DNA of 64,000 nt from Pirellulales bacterium (GTDB lineage: Bacteria; Planctomycetota; Planctomycetia; Pirellulales; Lacipirellulaceae). The position numbers and the translations under genes were made by a program. The notes below the pieces were generated by a model. The model was not told the origin of the DNA, did not search any database, and saw only the letters and a list, made by a program, of their open reading frames with translations. Each line of letters begins with the position of its first letter. Position 1 is the stretch's first letter. The DNA is taken from positions 94,791-158,790 of the forward strand of contig JAKVCC010000007.1 of NCBI GenBank assembly GCA_022448265.1. Direction: 5' to 3'. Shown here one piece after another: positions 59,860 to 64,000 of this stretch.

Positions 59860-59975
59860 ACCCTGGACTCCTTTTTTTCTTTAGACTCCGGGCTTCAGTA
59901 AACCTTGGGCCAGAGGCTCAATACCTAAGGGATGCAGCCTCGCGATCCGTGAATTCATTTCGATTGACATCTGGG

Positions 59976-60005
59976 ATTCTAATGAAAACCTGCCACCCCC
60001 AGCAA
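59976..60005 (-). promoter_or_regulatory. Putative sigma70 promoter for the 59859 gene
   Basis: Minus strand TTGCTG-N18-TAGAAT. Confidence 0.4.
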
Positions 60006-60070
60006 CTCGCTACCTCCCGCAAAAAACTGATCGGGACGGTAGATCATTCACGGCGCAAAGATCAATCGAG

Positions 60071-63000
60071 TTACTTTTTTTGTGCCCAACGAGGCAACGC
60101 CGGAAATAATCGCGCAGCACCTCGCGGCGCTACGCTGGACGTTGGGTTGGCAACATCTTGAATCAACTGGTTGATACCGGGAAGCGCCTGCGTGCGGATT
60201 TGCGGGGCAGACAACGTTCCATCCACATACATTTGCATCGTCTGTTGCCCCACCTGATCGAAAAAGTTCTTAACCAAAGGAAGCTGGATTTGATTGCGAC
60301 CAACGACCCCGTGAAAAACCAAGTTTAACTGCTGATCAAAATTGGTCTCTCCCTTTCCCAATAGGCTCACCGCGTCTCCAAGAAAATCGAGTTGGTCGAG
60401 ATAGATATGGCGGCCTTCGATGCGATATTTAGTATTTACCTGATTAAAAGCCGTCGTGTCGGGAGCCGCATTGCGCAATACCTTCAGCATTCCTACCAGA
60501 AGCGGCAGCTTGTATATATTTGCGTCCGCGACCTGAACTTCGCCATGCCCGCTAAGCGTATGGAGCGAACGGCCATACCCATTAAGGGTAAGCGTCGCGG
60601 CAACCTTTCCCAGCAATTCTTGATCCGTTTGGAAACGTTCTTTCGTCATCCGTGGCAAATCAGCGCCGGTAAGCCAGGCGATGACCGAATAGCGGGGGAC
60701 ACCGTCGAAGGTCACTCGGACGTCACTGATGAGCGTCCCATCGTAAACGTTGGCCGTCACGTGACGAGGTGCCAGGTTTTGACGCTGCGTGGCCCAATTC
60801 CCCAGCAAGTAGCTCGTTTCATCTATCCAGAGTGGGCCTCGGACATTAGTAAATTGCACGTCCTCAAACGTTACCGTTTCCAAGGCCAATTCGCCCGTCG
60901 AATAGCTTGTATCCCCCTCACTGGTGCCTACCAGTCGGACAGTACCATGGACGTTTTGCAGGTCGATGCCCGGATGCAAATCAGCCTGAAGGCAACTGAG
61001 CTGCGCGTCCCACTGAGCGCGGGTTCCCGCCGCCGGATCCTTGCTCTTGGAGAACTTCAGTGTCGTATCATGCAAACTGAATTTCCCCGAAATGCGCAAC
61101 TGTTCGATTAGCTTGCGCATTTTCTGCGGAAGGGCCGCCAAAAGATCTCGCCGAGCTTCCAATCGATCGACCGACAAACCGGTCAATTCAAACTGCCAAG
61201 CGCCGTCCGGGGCAAAGTTGCCATTGCCGTTAGTTCGCACCGTGGTGGGGCCATGCTTGCCATGAAAGTTTGTGACCAGTAGCTCGCCATCGAGATAATC
61301 AAACCGACCTTCGACTCCCTTCAAACGATAGGGAAAGAACACAGGCTGAATCGTCGCCGACTCGGGACGGGGATTGACAGAAACGCGAATTGCGGGCTCC
61401 CTATCTCCGGTCTGATGATAGATGTCGGCAATCAAATCAACCCGCCCGCCAGGACGCACCTCGTCCCAAGCCCGACGTACTTTGGCAGGAAGAGCCTGCT
61501 TAAGATCGTCGTCTAGCGGCACCTGACTCCCCGTGAACCGCAACGACAGTTCCTTGCCGTCGCTCTGCGGTCGCAGATACCCCTGACATTCCACGCGGCG
61601 CGACCCGCTCGCAATCAAGTCGCGGAATGTCCAGCGTCCATCTTCGGCGAGGATCAAACCGTGGATACCGCTAAGCGGATAAGGAAATTGCCGATAACTC
61701 ACGCCGCAGTCAACCAGCTCCAGCCGCAGCGACGTGTTGGGCTTAGCCTGTCCAGCTCGGGTACGAGCAAGACGCCAGCGCACGTTGAAGTGGCCCTGCG
61801 GACGCAGTGATTCAATCACTTGTCGAGTGTTTTTGGGCAGCGCTCCGATCATGGACTTTTCGATTGTCAGGCCACTTCCGGTAATCTCCACCCACCCCAG
61901 TGCACCGGGCTTGGGATCGAATGCTTGGCCCCTGATGGTAAGCTGCTGACCGCCTCCGTAGCCGATCAGGTCGATATCGAGTAAGGCCGGTTGGCCTTCC
62001 GCCGAAGGCGTGTAGCCCATCGTGCCTGAACCATTTCGAACACGATACTTAAATTTTTCTGACTCAAAGGCCAGCTGCCGACCGGTCAACGTCGCGAGAG
62101 GTTGCCATACGCGTCCATCAAAAGTCACCTGTACATCGGCACCAACGACGCCCGTGGGCTGATACTTATCCCACTCGCGCTGCAGGAGAGCCGGCAGCAC
62201 GCGATAAAGGTTCTCGTCCAGTGGCAAATCTTCTATGCGGAGCCCCATGGCCAAAGGGGCGTCGGATCGCCATCCCCGTCGCTCCAAGTGCAACGCCAAG
62301 TTCGCCGTGTCGCATTTGCCGCGCAGCTCCTCAACCCGTAGGATATTGTTCTGGCAATGAATTGTCCCGACGAGATCGGTCAAGGGCCGAGGTAGTCTCG
62401 CATCGAGGAGGCGACCTTCGCTGAAGTGCAAGTGAGCATCGACTTGCGGTAGCGCGCCGCCGACAAATTGGTGCTGAATAACCACGGACCCATCCAACCG
62501 GCCCTCTAACGAACTGGCCTCGTCCCAGCTATCGCAAGTTGCAGAGGCCCACGCCTGCAACTCTTTGGTAAGCTGAAGTTGCTCGATCGTCGCTTCGAAA
62601 TGCAACAATTGATTTTTACGATCGAACTGCGCGTGGAATTCTGCGCGACTCAGATCAGGGCCGCCCATCGTGCCATGGATGTCGAACATTTCGCAATTGG
62701 AGGGAATGCTTTGCTCGGGGACTGGTCGACCTGCTGCCGCAAGAAGACTCCCGGTCAGGGGTGACTCCTCATTCTGGGGGTGAATCGTGAAATTCACATC
62801 GCGCAGGGCTAGTTGCGGCAGCCCAAGTTGTCCCAAATCGACAAGTGCAACCTGGGCGTCTTGTATCACAATTTGAGGTCGCTTTTCTCCGCAAGCGGGC
62901 AACGGAAGACAACGCTCCAGATTCCAATGGCCACTCGCTGTGCGCGCCACCCAAAGTTGCGGACGCTTGAGCACAACACTCTTAATTTCGGGCAATCCAT

Positions 63001-63268
63001 GCACGAGTTTCCTGAGCCCGGCATCACAGGTAAGCATGATTTCGTCGACGAACAACAAATGGTTCTGTAATTGGGTACTTGTCGTCTCGGAAACCGCCAC
63101 GTCGTAGATGGCGACACCGCGGCCCTTAACCCATCTTGCCCCCCCCACACTTACGTTTAATTGGGGGAATTTTTCTGCCAGACCCTTTTCGACGTGATGC
63201 CGAATTTCTTCGTCCATGCGAGCGAACAGAAATACAGCCCCACCGATTGCTACTACGGCAACCAGCAT
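60071..63268 (-). CDS. AsmA-like (repeated beta-groove) large envelope protein
   Basis: N-terminal TM anchor, long beta-rich body and C-terminal GEVQVADANIYKLP...LDQLDFLGDAVSLLGKG...GTLSAP. The start may lie slightly upstream. Confidence 0.75.
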   Translation of the reverse strand: MLVAVVAIGGAVFLFARMDEEIRHHVEKGLAEKFPQLNVSVGGARWVKGRGVAIYDVAVSETTSTQLQNHLLFVDEIMLTCDAGLRKLVHGLPEIKSVVLKRPQLWVARTASGHWNLERCLPLPACGEKRPQIVIQDAQVALVDLGQLGLPQLALRDVNFTIHPQNEESPLTGSLLAAAGRPVPEQSIPSNCEMFDIHGTMGGPDLSRAEFHAQFDRKNQLLHFEATIEQLQLTKELQAWASATCDSWDEASSLEGRLDGSVVIQHQFVGGALPQVDAHLHFSEGRLLDARLPRPLTDLVGTIHCQNNILRVEELRGKCDTANLALHLERRGWRSDAPLAMGLRIEDLPLDENLYRVLPALLQREWDKYQPTGVVGADVQVTFDGRVWQPLATLTGRQLAFESEKFKYRVRNGSGTMGYTPSAEGQPALLDIDLIGYGGGQQLTIRGQAFDPKPGALGWVEITGSGLTIEKSMIGALPKNTRQVIESLRPQGHFNVRWRLARTRAGQAKPNTSLRLELVDCGVSYRQFPYPLSGIHGLILAEDGRWTFRDLIASGSRRVECQGYLRPQSDGKELSLRFTGSQVPLDDDLKQALPAKVRRAWDEVRPGGRVDLIADIYHQTGDREPAIRVSVNPRPESATIQPVFFPYRLKGVEGRFDYLDGELLVTNFHGKHGPTTVRTNGNGNFAPDGAWQFELTGLSVDRLEARRDLLAALPQKMRKLIEQLRISGKFSLHDTTLKFSKSKDPAAGTRAQWDAQLSCLQADLHPGIDLQNVHGTVRLVGTSEGDTSYSTGELALETVTFEDVQFTNVRGPLWIDETSYLLGNWATQRQNLAPRHVTANVYDGTLISDVRVTFDGVPRYSVIAWLTGADLPRMTKERFQTDQELLGKVAATLTLNGYGRSLHTLSGHGEVQVADANIYKLPLLVGMLKVLRNAAPDTTAFNQVNTKYRIEGRHIYLDQLDFLGDAVSLLGKGETNFDQQLNLVFHGVVGRNQIQLPLVKNFFDQVGQQTMQMYVDGTLSAPQIRTQALPGINQLIQDVANPTSSVAPRGAARLFPALPRWAQKK

Positions 63269-63675
63269 CGCGCTGAGCTTGAAGAGAGTCCAACAGGTAT
63301 TGATGAGCCAACGAATGGCAGTGGTTCCTAACAGGGCAAGCGCCTACTTGGCGCGTAGGGACGGCAACGATCGGATGCCAACCGTCAATCGACAACACCG
63401 AGTCCTTCGCAGCTTTCCATAATTGCGCAATTTGCTGTGCAAATAGTAGGTTCCGCCATCGGCAAGGGTCAAGACAGGCTTGCCTACGCTAGCACAAAAG
63501 CGTCTGCACAGGAGGCACTGCGACATCGTTGCGTAAGCAAGAGGCGGGATCGCCGGCACCAGCGTTGCAGCACAAATCTGACAGGTCCCCAACCGCTCTA
63601 GCCAGATCTGGCAGCGTTGAGCTGCATTTTTTGGGCCCGGTCGCTGGGACTTCGAGCTTGGTCACGAGGCCCCGG

Positions 63676-64000
63676 TCATTGGTCTTTTGCCAGCATCGAA
63701 CACTGCAGCAGCAGTTTTCCTGCCGAAACACAGGCCCGCACATCGCCGGGCAGGTTAAGAATGCCCTCGCCGCTGCCAGTTTCAAGCAAACTGGCCAGAC
63801 GAACCCACCATTCATAGGTCATACCCTGCTCGGGCAGGTGTGCCTCGCGCCAGGCGAGTCGCAGTGCAGCCGTCACGACCAAAGGTGTGGGCCGCTCGCG
63901 GAAATTGAACCTTATCGACAATTCGAGCGGTGGCCCCTCGCGCAACTCGATCGTCGCTTGCTCCAACAGTTGTCGACCAAGCTGCTCAAGGATCTGCTCT
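63676..64000 (-). CDS. tilS: 3' end of probable tRNA(Ile)-lysidine synthetase (partial)
   Basis: Frame is open to the window end (EQILEQLGRQLLEQ...); ALRLAWREAHLPEQGMTYEWWVRL...NLPG resembles the planctomycete TilS tail. The catalytic domain is not in the window. Confidence 0.55.
   Translation of the reverse strand, partial: EQILEQLGRQLLEQATIELREGPPLELSIRFNFRERPTPLVVTAALRLAWREAHLPEQGMTYEWWVRLASLLETGSGEGILNLPGDVRACVSAGKLLLQCSMLAKDQ

Noticed and set aside
63344-63592. 82-aa Cys-containing ORF between tilS and the AsmA-like gene
   Set aside because: No convincing RBS and irregular Cys spacing; it cannot be distinguished from a chance ORF.
1-64000. Apparent abundance of CTAG/GCTAGC in intergenic DNA, a word often avoided in bacteria
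   Set aside because: An impression only; it needs a tetranucleotide count against a Markov model, which I cannot run.

Overview
Chromosomal segment of a planctomycete, most likely Pirellulales/Lacipirellulaceae-like. This is inferred from a DUF1559 gene, two PEP-CTERM proteins, a Cys-rich beta-barrel, a PQQ-type beta-propeller, a long TatC and a long AsmA-like protein. Most of the window is housekeeping: uvrB (partial, absent from the ORF track), comEA-like, nadC, rpsU, trhO, cysE, tatC, manA, a pseudouridine synthase with pyrK, pyk, the xseA-xseB-ispA-dxs-nadK operon, and tilS (partial). Accessory patches lie at about 3.2-7.2 kb, 18.3-22.5 kb and 54.7-58.7 kb. I found no rRNA, tRNA, CRISPR array or intact mobile element. 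The most notable observations are: (1) a POT/PTR peptide transporter with an inserted domain carrying two GspG/pseudopilin-like motifs; (2) a DUF1559 operon whose promoter has a G10 tract next to a TACAAT -10 box and a perfectly duplicated 22-bp operator-like sequence; (3) a cyanobacterial-type Pho box upstream of an OprO/OprP porin; (4) a roughly 150-nt rod-like ncRNA candidate (6S-like) between convergent genes; (5) an ORF-less intergenic region with two plus-strand terminators and a sigma28-like promoter (sRNA candidates); (6) a 390-bp internally deleted IS3-family element. All calls come from reading the sequence and recognising motifs; no database searches were run. I do not see one clearly novel multi-gene system. 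The findings are leads to test.
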